Source: a virus
Virus record (IMG/VR): IMGVR_UViG_3300050120_000074
Coordinates: 1-64,000 of that record
Reading direction: 5' to 3' (one strand)
DNA length: 64,000 nucleotides
The position numbers and the translations under genes were made by a program. The notes beneath the pieces were generated by a model. That model worked only from the letters and a program-made list of their open reading frames with translations, was not told the DNA's origin and did no database searches. How positions within the stretch are numbered: position 1 is the stretch's first letter; each line of letters starts with the position of its first letter. Positions 9,189-17,717 of this stretch are shown in pieces.

Positions 9189-9695
9189 TCAGCAGGTAAC
9201 TGGCCATTGCGCATCGAGCGCGAGCTTTTTGGCGGTGGCCGAGGGTTGGGTAGTGCGGGTTACAAGTGCATATGCTCGCACCGCCGAGAACAGGACATCG
9301 CAGTCCTTTTCCGAAGCGCCAGCAGCTGCATAACAGTCCAGCATCCCCGCCAGGAAGCAGCGATCGCAGTCATCACGGGTCATGCTGAACGTTCCAGCGG
9401 TAGTTTCGTAGGTCAGGCTCTCGCAGAGGCCATCGTGCAGCACGGCGGCCTGACCATACCAGCTCCATGCCGTATAGATGTTGCGGAACACCCTCGGGAT
9501 GCTGGCGCCATCCGAGAGGAATCCCGGCTTGATATCCTTCCACGCCGATTTGTCGGCAGTCAGGTAGGCACGGAAGCCATTCACAATGCGCCAGACGTCA
9601 TACCCCAGCACCTTGGTGGCGACGGGGTCGTACTGGATGTTCAGCAATCGATCAAACGAAACCACGAATTTGTTTGGCGGTTGATTAGCGATCAT
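9189..9695 (-). CDS. DUF1353-like phage protein
   Basis: FLSDGASIPRVFRNIY...AAVLHDGLC resembles the DUF1353 core (recollection). ATGA coupling to the holin-like gene. Confidence 0.55.
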   Translation of the reverse strand: MIANQPPNKFVVSFDRLLNIQYDPVATKVLGYDVWRIVNGFRAYLTADKSAWKDIKPGFLSDGASIPRVFRNIYTAWSWYGQAAVLHDGLCESLTYETTAGTFSMTRDDCDRCFLAGMLDCYAAAGASEKDCDVLFSAVRAYALVTRTTQPSATAKKLALDAQWPVTC

Positions 9696-9988
9696 TCAGC
9701 GACCTTCGTGTCGTCGGTTGGCGTGATGGGCGCTGTCGTTGGCTTGCGCTCGATGGCCTTGCCGCCGAGATAGCCACCGGTCACTGCGGACACGGCTGTA
9801 AGCACCAGCGTTTGGATCAGGTCAGACAGGACGTGTGACATGTCCATGAGTCGATCTTCGGGAACTCTCATGGCGAGGACTACAAGCGCACTGACGAGCG
9901 CAGACGTCACAGCCCCCATCAGCACGCAGACGGTCAGGAAGAAGCTCAGGCGTTTTACGGATGGCGTGCCGCTCTGCCCATCGGACAT
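9692..9988 (-). CDS. Holin-like two-TM protein
   Basis: Start MSDGQSG chosen because the longer ORF overlaps the endolysin. TMs LSFFLTVCVLMGAVTSALVSALVVLA and LIQTLVLTAVSAVTGGYLGG. Charged C-tail. Confidence 0.5.
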   Translation of the reverse strand: MSDGQSGTPSVKRLSFFLTVCVLMGAVTSALVSALVVLAMRVPEDRLMDMSHVLSDLIQTLVLTAVSAVTGGYLGGKAIERKPTTAPITPTDDTKVAE

Positions 9989-10020
9989 TGCCCTACCAAG
10001 CCACGCGACAAGCACCAGAA

Positions 10021-10569
10021 TCACACCAGCACCCCGAGCAGCGCAGTGTAAAAGTCTCGGCGTGCTTGGAGACCGTTCGAACCGCCATTGATCAACGTAC
10101 TGACCCGGTCGATATTCCCGGCGTCGGCAGGCACAGACAGGTTTCGCCAACCCCAATACACGCACGCCGACTCGACCGCAGGTCCAGGCTGAATCAATTG
10201 CTCAGGATGGTTGATCAGATCGATGCCCATGGCGGTAGCCATCCGCGTGTAATTGGCGCGCCCGGTCAGCATGAAAAATCCACGGCCCTTGTACAGTGCG
10301 CCGTCACCTGGCTGCGTGTTGCCGAGCTGCTGCGCGATAGGGGCCGCGTCATACTTCGCCAGATAGGCAGCATTACCAAGCTCATAGAGGAACTGAAACT
10401 GCATCGTCTCTTGCAGAACTTGGGCGATGAAGGCGGCCAGCCGAAGCTTAGTGTCCAGTCCATATTGGGCCGCATACGTGTTGATCGGATCAACGTATTG
10501 CACACATGCGGTTTTTGCATACGAGGTCGTGCAAATGGATTGCAACTGGTCGGCAGTGATATTAGTCAT
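10021..10569 (-). CDS. Endolysin, glycoside hydrolase family 19 (chitinase-like lysozyme)
   Basis: RLAAFIAQVLQETMQF...YKGRGFFMLTGRANY...INGGSNGLQARRDFY are GH19 endolysin motifs. ATGA coupling upstream. Confidence 0.85.
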   Translation of the reverse strand: MTNITADQLQSICTTSYAKTACVQYVDPINTYAAQYGLDTKLRLAAFIAQVLQETMQFQFLYELGNAAYLAKYDAAPIAQQLGNTQPGDGALYKGRGFFMLTGRANYTRMATAMGIDLINHPEQLIQPGPAVESACVYWGWRNLSVPADAGNIDRVSTLINGGSNGLQARRDFYTALLGVLV

Positions 10570-11024
10570 TTTGAGGATATCTGGAGTTGAAGCGGCGGAA
10601 AACCCGAGAACTCGTCTCGACCGATGAGATTCGTTTGATACATGACGGTAGTGAAGTACGTGTATTTGCCCGGTGGCAAATCTGGCATCAGAAAGCCATA
10701 TCGAGTCGTATAGCAACCCTTGTCTTCCTGAATGATGATTCCAGGAAGCGGGAATACCACTCCGTATTCATTGCGCAGCGCGGGGCTGAACTTGACACCA
10801 ACTGACTTGCGCATGCACAGATCACGCTTAACCACCACGATCTCGCCGGGGGTGTATGCCATCTTCGGGCGCCCCCAGTAATCCGAAGATGCCACCGACT
10901 TGAATTCGAATACGGGCTCGCTACGCATGGTCACGAACCAGAACAGCGCCCAGGACGTCCACATGGCGATGATGATTAGGATGGCAATCGCCACATCTGT
11001 ACGGATATAAAGACGATTTCTCAT
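10566..11024 (-). CDS. N-terminally membrane-anchored beta-rich protein in the lysis cassette
   Basis: MRNRLYIRTDVAIAILIIIAMWTSWALFWFV TM, then a globular region. ATGA overlaps on both sides. Confidence 0.5.
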   Translation of the reverse strand: MRNRLYIRTDVAIAILIIIAMWTSWALFWFVTMRSEPVFEFKSVASSDYWGRPKMAYTPGEIVVVKRDLCMRKSVGVKFSPALRNEYGVVFPLPGIIIQEDKGCYTTRYGFLMPDLPPGKYTYFTTVMYQTNLIGRDEFSGFPPLQLQISSK

Positions 11025-11221
11025 TTGATATGGCCTGAGATGATGGCTGTGAGCGTAGCCGTTAAGATCAGTGAAACAGCCCCATATACGACCAGCCTGA
11101 TGGGGACGATTTCCGCCTTGGTTGCGAATTTTTTGCACTCTTCTTTGAGCTGCACGAGATCTTGGCGAACCAAAGCAACCGCCTTATCAAGCTCCCGGAA
11201 ATCTTTTTCACTAATCGACAT
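11021..11221 (-). CDS. Small coiled-coil protein with C-terminal TM (XhlA-like architecture)
   Basis: MSISEKDFRELDKAVALVRQDLVQLKEECKKF, then IRLVVYGAVSLILTATLTAIISG. The architecture recalls XhlA-type lysis accessory proteins. Confidence 0.4.
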   Translation of the reverse strand: MSISEKDFRELDKAVALVRQDLVQLKEECKKFATKAEIVPIRLVVYGAVSLILTATLTAIISGHIK

Positions 11222-11339
11222 ATGGGGTCTCGCTAAGCGTTTGGCACCTCGAAAAGGAGGAGTGCAAACCAATTAATTTGGTCTCTCTGGCTTCAGATTG
11301 TGAAGGCGTAGAGCCATCAGACTGGATTCACATTTCCGA

Positions 11340-11591
11340 TCATCCGCGCTTCGACATGATCTTAATCAGCGTTCCAAGGTTTTCGTTGATGGCATACATC
11401 GCTTTCAACTCGTTTTCCTTGCCCTTCTTATAGTTCTCGTAGGATTTGGACTTGAAGTGAGCTGTCGCATCAGACGCTGTAACGCGGCCTGCGACGTCCC
11501 ATTGCTGGCCGTCATACTTGATCAGATCCGTTTTGAGGTTCTGTAGAGACTCCAAGTATTGTGAGCGTGTCGTCTGAGATTGTGGCGTCAT
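11340..11591 (-). CDS. Small hypothetical protein (start uncertain, overlaps upstream gene out of frame)
   Basis: ORF is open from 11756. First ATG at 11591 has no clear RBS. Overlaps the end of 11512-12306 by 80 nt. Confidence 0.3.
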   Translation of the reverse strand: MTPQSQTTRSQYLESLQNLKTDLIKYDGQQWDVAGRVTASDATAHFKSKSYENYKKGKENELKAMYAINENLGTLIKIMSKRG

Positions 11592-12306
11592 GACGAAATC
11601 GGGCTGGCGACTGATCCAGCACCTCCGGGGCCGGATCGAAAGAGACGCCCCAGTCTTGGAACGACAAACGCAGCAGGTGATCCTGGGCCTTGAGCCCTCG
11701 CCAAAAAATATTAAACAGCGGATTGAAATCTGATTGGGCGATGGCCTTGAAGGCATTCACGCGGCGCAGGACATACTCTTCATACTGCGCCTCTGGCCAC
11801 GCTGTAGTGTCTTCATCAGCATCGCGCACCATCATGCATCCCATTGCACCCAGGAACCAACCGATACGCCCAGCGGTGATCTGTCCGCTGTCGATCAGTC
11901 GCTCGATACACTCTGCCCCGCGACCCAGTAACGGATGCAAAAACCAGTGGTCCCCCTGATACTCGCCAAGATCGATTACCCGAGCGTGGTCATCACGCCC
12001 ATCCAGAATGTAATCGCTGTATCTGTTTTTTTCGCCGATGGCGAAGTCCGGGTTGCCAACCTCGGCGGTGTGCGTCAGGTAATGAGCAATCACTGATGCC
12101 CGCTCTTGAGCAGTCCACAGAAGCGGGTCTACCGCGTCACCGATAATCGATGTGCTGCTTTCCGAAACGATCCTTCGCAGCGTTTCGGTTCGACAGAACT
12201 CCTCCCGACTGGTAGGCAAATTGCAGATATAGATGGCATCGTCGATAGTCAGCTCTTTGAGCTGTAATGTAAGGCGATGCGTGGTATAGCGAGAGAAGAT
12301 GATCAA
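11512..12306 (-). CDS. Hypothetical late protein
   Basis: 264-aa ORF in the late operon. No recognised motif. Confidence 0.55.
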   Translation of the reverse strand: MIIFSRYTTHRLTLQLKELTIDDAIYICNLPTSREEFCRTETLRRIVSESSTSIIGDAVDPLLWTAQERASVIAHYLTHTAEVGNPDFAIGEKNRYSDYILDGRDDHARVIDLGEYQGDHWFLHPLLGRGAECIERLIDSGQITAGRIGWFLGAMGCMMVRDADEDTTAWPEAQYEEYVLRRVNAFKAIAQSDFNPLFNIFWRGLKAQDHLLRLSFQDWGVSFDPAPEVLDQSPARFRHDATISDDTLTILGVSTEPQNGSDQV

Positions 12307-12379
12307 TTTGTCATGCCTGCGATAAATGAATGATCCATGCTATTCACCTGGACTTCATAGGGATGGCGCCTCTTTCCAA

Positions 12380-13054
12380 TTAAACCAAGCAGTTGCATGT
12401 ATCGAACTCTCGGAAGTTCAGCTCAATCTCTTGCAGACCGTCCTCCGAACGATTGTTCGTGTACTCGGCGCTCATCAATTGCATGATGTAATTATCGATG
12501 TAGGCGCCCCCAGCGTTATCCGCAGACATATTGATGAATCCATGAATCAGCGTAACCCTGAGCAGATAGGTAATCGGCAGCCCAAACGTTCCGTCACCTG
12601 GTGCCATAAGCTTTTTCAGGTTCTTCGCCCAACCTTTGATAGAGCCGCCCAGGTCATCAAATGTGGTTACGCGCATCTCGACCGGTGCCATGGCCCCAGG
12701 CTTTGAAAACGAAGCAGATCCGATATCGACAACCTCTCCCGCGAACGACAGCGGCGACGTGCTCACCGATTTGGCGAACATGTTCATTTCCGGGGCGATT
12801 CCGGTGCGAAGATTGTTGATGTTCAGGCACCACAGATTTGCCTTTGCGAGACTCATGCCAGACTGCTGCTTGTAGAGCTTCTTCGCCTCTGATAACGAAA
12901 TTCCGCCGATCAAAGCACGATCACCGGCCTTCACCTGCGATGCGAAGATGGTGCTAAAAGCGTCCCCTGCTATCTGCGTGATCAGCGAGGAGCCCGACAG
13001 ACTGCTGATAAATCCCTTCGACGAAGAGATCAGAGAGTTACTGAAAAGGCTCAT
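12380..13054 (-). CDS. Tail-associated protein (paralogous N-terminus to 14057-15007)
   Basis: Begins MSLFSNSLISSSKGFISSLSG, like MSLFDSALSSASSLTSSAVSG of the 316-aa protein. ATGA coupling. Confidence 0.5.
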   Translation of the reverse strand: MSLFSNSLISSSKGFISSLSGSSLITQIAGDAFSTIFASQVKAGDRALIGGISLSEAKKLYKQQSGMSLAKANLWCLNINNLRTGIAPEMNMFAKSVSTSPLSFAGEVVDIGSASFSKPGAMAPVEMRVTTFDDLGGSIKGWAKNLKKLMAPGDGTFGLPITYLLRVTLIHGFINMSADNAGGAYIDNYIMQLMSAEYTNNRSEDGLQEIELNFREFDTCNCLV

Positions 13055-13569
13055 ATGGTGTAGACCTCCTCGATAAACGCTTTACCTGGAATAGCACGCT
13101 CCTCCTCCAGGATATTGAGCTGTACTTCGCTTGGGTCTCGACCCCATGCTTCGAATCCATTCGCTCGCGAAGCAGCTATCGCCTGAGAGTTTTCTAACTC
13201 ACAATACAGATAGAAAAGCGGACTGATGATAGACAGCTCGCTAGGCGTCAGATCGAAATCCTGGTCGTCGTCAATGCTGTTATCCGCCGAAATCGGCGTA
13301 TGCACATCCTTCCCGGCTACCGCATCCAAGCGAATCTGCAACGCAATTGCGGCATCACCAAGCCGATAAGGCGCGCATGGCGGCAACAGCGATTCAGGAG
13401 GCAATGCAGCCAGCGCTATTTCTGCATCAGAGGGCGCATTCGTGAGCGTTGCATAGCCGCAATAAAAACGCACAGCCCGCTTCAGACTGCGCGTCACCTG
13501 GGACTCGTCGAGGACAATCCCCAGCGGCAGTACGTCGAAGTATGCCGCCACCACCGCCGAGAGCATCAT
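13051..13569 (-). CDS. Hypothetical tail-module protein
   Basis: 172-aa ORF coupled on both sides. Confidence 0.5.
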   Translation of the reverse strand: MMLSAVVAAYFDVLPLGIVLDESQVTRSLKRAVRFYCGYATLTNAPSDAEIALAALPPESLLPPCAPYRLGDAAIALQIRLDAVAGKDVHTPISADNSIDDDQDFDLTPSELSIISPLFYLYCELENSQAIAASRANGFEAWGRDPSEVQLNILEEERAIPGKAFIEEVYTI

Positions 13570-14045
13570 CAGTCCGCATAACCGAAGAAGTGGTAATTCA
13601 GGGTGCCGCTGAATGTCAGCACCTGCGAGCGGTTTTCCCAGTCACGATCCGGGCTTTCCATGACCATGAAGCACCCGAGCAGCGGAGCAGCACGAGTGTG
13701 GTTGTCGATAGTGCCCTGATACACCGTGGCACTGAAAACGCCACGATTTTTGAGGATGTCGATCAGCATATCGCCGACTGTGTTATTTACGGTTTCAAAG
13801 ATCGCAATCGGCGACTCAAACCAGGTTTTGGCTTGCTGCGGCTGAAGCATGTTGGTCCCCATCAAGCCGGGGATCTCTATAGATCCGGCTGGCGTGATGA
13901 TCGGCCATGGGAATTGCTTGATCAGCAGCGTGACATCTTCGTGGCCATCGATCACAAATTGGGCGTCAGAGCTGACCGCCTTGTCACCGAGCGCCCGAGT
14001 GGTGTTGAACGTCGTGTTCAGGAATTTAGCGGTAGAGACGGTCAT
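13569..14045 (-). CDS. Tail tube-like protein (tentative)
   Basis: 158-163 aa beta-rich protein downstream of the sheath. The call rests on size and position only. Confidence 0.4.
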   Translation of the reverse strand: MTVSTAKFLNTTFNTTRALGDKAVSSDAQFVIDGHEDVTLLIKQFPWPIITPAGSIEIPGLMGTNMLQPQQAKTWFESPIAIFETVNNTVGDMLIDILKNRGVFSATVYQGTIDNHTRAAPLLGCFMVMESPDRDWENRSQVLTFSGTLNYHFFGYAD

Positions 14046-14056
14046 CTCATCAAGCC

Positions 14057-15007
14057 TCACAGATACATATTGGGAATATCGTTGCGATCAAGCGCGGTCA
14101 GCGTCGAAAGCATCATTTGCACGGGCAGATACATGAAGTGCCCATCAGAGTCCATCGGCCCATCCAAAGGATGAGTGATTGTCTCGATAACCAGGGGAGC
14201 CCACAACTGCGATCCATAGCTAACTGCAACCATCAATGGCGCCCTTGAAGGAAACAGTGCTTTTACCATCGCACTGGCTCCAGAACTGGATGCCGCGATA
14301 ACGTTTGTCAAGGTTCCATCCTTTGCCAGGCTTTGAGGTAGAGCCCAGCTTAACAACGTTTTCAGAGGGGACATGACCTCTCTTTCCGCGTCCTGCATCG
14401 CTCGAAAATGCATCGTCATCGGGATTTTTATCGGCGGCATTCCAGAGAAAACCTGGCGACTATTCATCTTCGTTATGCCGGTTCTGCCTTGCAAATCCTT
14501 GGCAATGTTCTTCGCGGTTTCAGCGGCATTATTCGCTATCGTGTTGTTTTGAATGCTCGGGAAAGCCGCTTGCAGGGCATTCACCACAGTCGCGATTTGG
14601 CCCGACTGGAGAAGCGCCATAAGCGCAGGAGCTTTTGATTCAGGTCCGACGTTTTCGAACGGGGACTGCCAGTTAAAGCCGGCCTCGAAGTTGCAGTCAG
14701 TGATCGGCCCCATGACAGTAGCCAGTTCTGTGTCAAGCGGGAGACCGTCTGCATCGCACGCATAGATCTGCGCGATCATATAGTCGGATAGATTGCCCCA
14801 CGGCTTTTTGGCCGCGCTGGACGACGACAGAACGCCGCCCAGCAAGCCAGTAGCTACACCAGCTAATGGCCCCGTCGAACCCAAGGCACCGAGCGCCGTG
14901 CTAGCCAGGGATTTACCCGCGCCAGACGATGCAAAGTCCTTCACCCCGGATACCGCCGACGACGTCAAAGACGATGCCGACGATAGGGCTGAGTCAAAGA
15001 GGCTCAC
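14057..15007 (-). CDS. Tail-associated protein with Ser/Gly/Ala-rich N-terminus
   Basis: GTG start 3 nt after the upstream stop. 316 aa. N-terminal low-complexity region, then a globular domain. Confidence 0.5.
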   Translation of the reverse strand: MSLFDSALSSASSLTSSAVSGVKDFASSGAGKSLASTALGALGSTGPLAGVATGLLGGVLSSSSAAKKPWGNLSDYMIAQIYACDADGLPLDTELATVMGPITDCNFEAGFNWQSPFENVGPESKAPALMALLQSGQIATVVNALQAAFPSIQNNTIANNAAETAKNIAKDLQGRTGITKMNSRQVFSGMPPIKIPMTMHFRAMQDAEREVMSPLKTLLSWALPQSLAKDGTLTNVIAASSSGASAMVKALFPSRAPLMVAVSYGSQLWAPLVIETITHPLDGPMDSDGHFMYLPVQMMLSTLTALDRNDIPNMYL

Positions 15008-15010
15008 CGG

Positions 15011-15685
15011 TTATTTCCCGTGCGCGCGCTTGTGCATCGACCCAGCATGATGGGAGCGCTTGAAAGCCTTCTTCAGCGCGACCTTCTGCGGAGCCGACAG
15101 ACGAATCTTGCCGGTGATGTGCTTCTTGACGTGCTTCTTCTTGCCGCCTTTCTTGGCAGCGTCCAGTTTCACTTCGTCGCTGTCGCCGAAAGCGAAATCG
15201 TCGATGTGATCCTGGGCCTCTTCGGCATCGTCGGGGAGGCTCGCAGCGACGAGTTCCATTACGCGGTCGGTCGCTTCATCGTCGCCGTCTTCCAGCACTG
15301 CCGACAGGTCCTCATCGGAGGCGCCCATAGCCGAGACGTAGTCCCATACGCGATCCTGGAGGATCGCGACGGTAGCCGCCTCTTCCGGCGTGATGTCGCC
15401 GTCAATGTCTTCATTTACCGCGCCGCACAGCATCGCCGTCAACCGGTCGTTGTTGCTCTCGCCTGGGCCGAGGTCATCGGTCTCGGCCCACTCCTGAACG
15501 ATGGCGCCAGCCTTCAGCGCCAGATCGGTCATGGTGTAATCGGAGGCGACATTCTCAGGCTTCGATTCATCTTCAACGCCATCGAGCACGTTCTTGATAG
15601 GGCCCTTGGCCGGAGCGCTCTGTGCGATTTGTGCGAAGGCTTTCGGCACACCGCCGTGGGCCAGTTCGCGAATCAATTCACTCAT
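15011..15685 (-). CDS. Bipolar protein: long acidic N-region plus strongly basic C-tail
   Basis: D/E-rich for about 165 aa (e.g. DDAEEAQDHIDDFAFGDSDE), then KKGGKKKHVKKHITGKIRLSAPQKVALKKAFKRSHHAGSMHKRAHGK. Confidence 0.6.
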   Translation of the reverse strand: MSELIRELAHGGVPKAFAQIAQSAPAKGPIKNVLDGVEDESKPENVASDYTMTDLALKAGAIVQEWAETDDLGPGESNNDRLTAMLCGAVNEDIDGDITPEEAATVAILQDRVWDYVSAMGASDEDLSAVLEDGDDEATDRVMELVAASLPDDAEEAQDHIDDFAFGDSDEVKLDAAKKGGKKKHVKKHITGKIRLSAPQKVALKKAFKRSHHAGSMHKRAHGK

Positions 15686-15696
15686 TTTTCAATTCC

Positions 15697-17307
15697 TTAC
15701 GTGGTACGCACGATGTTTTGGGTGGAGAAGATTGCGCGTGTCGTCCCATCGTACGCTACCGAATATGTGTTCGTGAAAGCGTCAATCCGATCCGTGTTGC
15801 GCGTGCAGGTGAAAATGAACGAACGACCGCCAAGCTCGTTGGTGATGTTCGTCCAGCCAGCAGTTTCCGCTGCCGTGAGCAAGTTGCCCGCGAACTTGAC
15901 CATTTTCGGAATGGCTACGTTCAGCGGCAGCTGGATCACTTCGTTGCCGTATGCCGCCAACTGATCGTCGATAAACGTGGACATATCAACCACGGATTCC
16001 AGCTTGGTCAGGCCGGTGGTCTTAGCCAGGGTCAGCGAATCGGTGAAGACATAGCTGGACCCAGCCGAGTATTTCTTGAGAATGACCGGATTGACCTTCG
16101 CGTCTGCCAACTTCGACAGCTCGGAATCGGTCGGTGTGTATTGCTGAACTACGCCAGTGCGAGTAATCGGATACGAGCTGCCAGCAATCGGGTAGTTTTT
16201 CGGCGCCAGGCCATTGTCATCCATTTGCGCGTTACGGGCACATGCGTAGCCGACTTTGATGCCCGAGGTGCCGATGTAGTCCTTGCCGCCGTTGACCGGA
16301 TCAGTCGCGATCAGTGGAGCCCACTGAGCCATCGCGTACGTCGTGTCCTGGTTTAGCGTGCCCATCCATGCGATTACTTCAGTCGGCGTGAAACGGCCAG
16401 GTACGTCGAAACGCATCTTCCGGTTCGTCGCAAAACACATAGCGATCATCTGAGAGATGAAAGCCTGATTCTCAGTACCGCCGCTCAGCAGATAGTCCCA
16501 GTCGTACTCGGTATAGCGCAACTGATTCAGAGCGGTCTGATAGTCGCTAGAGATATAGGTAGTTGCACCTTCGGTGAAGTACGACAGGTTCGCGCTGACC
16601 GCCTTCGCATTACCATTTGCGTCTTCGCCGTAGCAATTGGCCGTAGTCGGAACGGAAACGGTAGCGCCGACAACCACCTGCACGGCATCAGTGGCAGCCG
16701 CGATAACGCTCGGGAGGAAATACGAGTTACCGTAATCGTCCTTCGCGTTCTCATCCAGCGAGCCCGTAAAGCTGTAGAGTTGCACGCCGGTAGAGACATC
16801 GAGCAAGCGCAAGCGGACGACATCAGTCGCGATAGCGGTGCCCGTGTTGTCAGTAACTTCAGGGGCATACAACTCCATCGTTACACCATCGTTGAAGCAT
16901 TCCAGGTGCGTGACTTGAAGCATGTACGAGGTTGGGGCCGTGGTAGCGACAGACCATGCCACGGTGCCAGTGGTCAGCACTGCGTACATCGGCGACAGCG
17001 CATACCCGGTAGCCGAAATCAGACGTGCGATGGTGCCAGACTGAGCGCCTAACGAGAAGGTCTCGTAGGCTTGCACATAGGCCTCATTCAGACGATTGAT
17101 CGTCGTCGAGGCTGTCGGGCCAAGGTAGCGCGCGAGCGTGTCGCTGGTGACTTGGAACGCCTTATCAATGCGGCCCCGAGTGAAGCGGCCAGCCAGCGCG
17201 AAAGCTTGGTCGGTGTTGTTCGAAACGAAGCCACCACTGGCATCGTTCGTCGGGTTCATCTGATAGCCAGGCTGGGAGCCAAGGCTACGGGTGAAAGTCG
17301 TGCTCAT
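15697..17307 (-). CDS. Tail sheath protein
   Basis: 536 aa. C-terminal half (GTSGIKVGYACARN...NPVILKKYSAGSSYVFTDSLTLAK...FTCTRNTD) has the sheath-family pattern and size. Confidence 0.7.
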   Translation of the reverse strand: MSTTFTRSLGSQPGYQMNPTNDASGGFVSNNTDQAFALAGRFTRGRIDKAFQVTSDTLARYLGPTASTTINRLNEAYVQAYETFSLGAQSGTIARLISATGYALSPMYAVLTTGTVAWSVATTAPTSYMLQVTHLECFNDGVTMELYAPEVTDNTGTAIATDVVRLRLLDVSTGVQLYSFTGSLDENAKDDYGNSYFLPSVIAAATDAVQVVVGATVSVPTTANCYGEDANGNAKAVSANLSYFTEGATTYISSDYQTALNQLRYTEYDWDYLLSGGTENQAFISQMIAMCFATNRKMRFDVPGRFTPTEVIAWMGTLNQDTTYAMAQWAPLIATDPVNGGKDYIGTSGIKVGYACARNAQMDDNGLAPKNYPIAGSSYPITRTGVVQQYTPTDSELSKLADAKVNPVILKKYSAGSSYVFTDSLTLAKTTGLTKLESVVDMSTFIDDQLAAYGNEVIQLPLNVAIPKMVKFAGNLLTAAETAGWTNITNELGGRSFIFTCTRNTDRIDAFTNTYSVAYDGTTRAIFSTQNIVRTT

Positions 17308-17717
17308 TGCGCATCTCCTGCGGCGGCGGGCGCTGTAACTTCTTTGACCGAAACAGGCACGGCCTGTGCAACCGGCTGGACCGGTGCTTGCTGAGTGGCT
17401 GCCTGTGCAACTGGCTGCACAACTGCTGCGACCTCAACGGAAGCGATGGCAATCGGATCGTCGCCCTGCACCGAAGCCATGAACGCCAGGTTTTGCAGGG
17501 TCTCGTAGAGATCGCTCGGGCGCTTGTACGTCAGCTCGCCGGTTTCGCCAGGTTTGAGGAAAACATGCGTGCGATTGCCGGTGACCAGCAGAGGGCGAAT
17601 TTCACGCCGACTCTTGAAGATCACTTTGATCGGGTACGCAGTGCCAGCGGCGATCAGCTTGTCGATCAACGCTTGGGCGTTATCCACATCGCCGTTGCCT
17701 ATTTGAATCGAATTCAT
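17304..17717 (-). CDS. Small beta-domain protein with Ala/Pro/Val/Gln-rich C-tail
   Basis: The globular N-domain resembles the C-domain of the next gene. ATGA coupling. Confidence 0.5.
   Translation of the reverse strand: MNSIQIGNGDVDNAQALIDKLIAAGTAYPIKVIFKSRREIRPLLVTGNRTHVFLKPGETGELTYKRPSDLYETLQNLAFMASVQGDDPIAIASVEVAAVVQPVAQAATQQAPVQPVAQAVPVSVKEVTAPAAAGDAQ

Noticed and set aside
9989-10165. Long N-terminal extension of the holin-like ORF
   Set aside because: It overlaps the endolysin 3-prime end and translates to an Arg/Cys-rich peptide. The internal MSDGQSG start gives a typical small two-TM holin.
11512-11756. Canonical -1 programmed frameshift of a tail assembly chaperone
   Set aside because: The overlapping frame is +1, not -1. 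I did not spot a slippery heptamer. The gene pair is not positioned between the tube and tape-measure genes.
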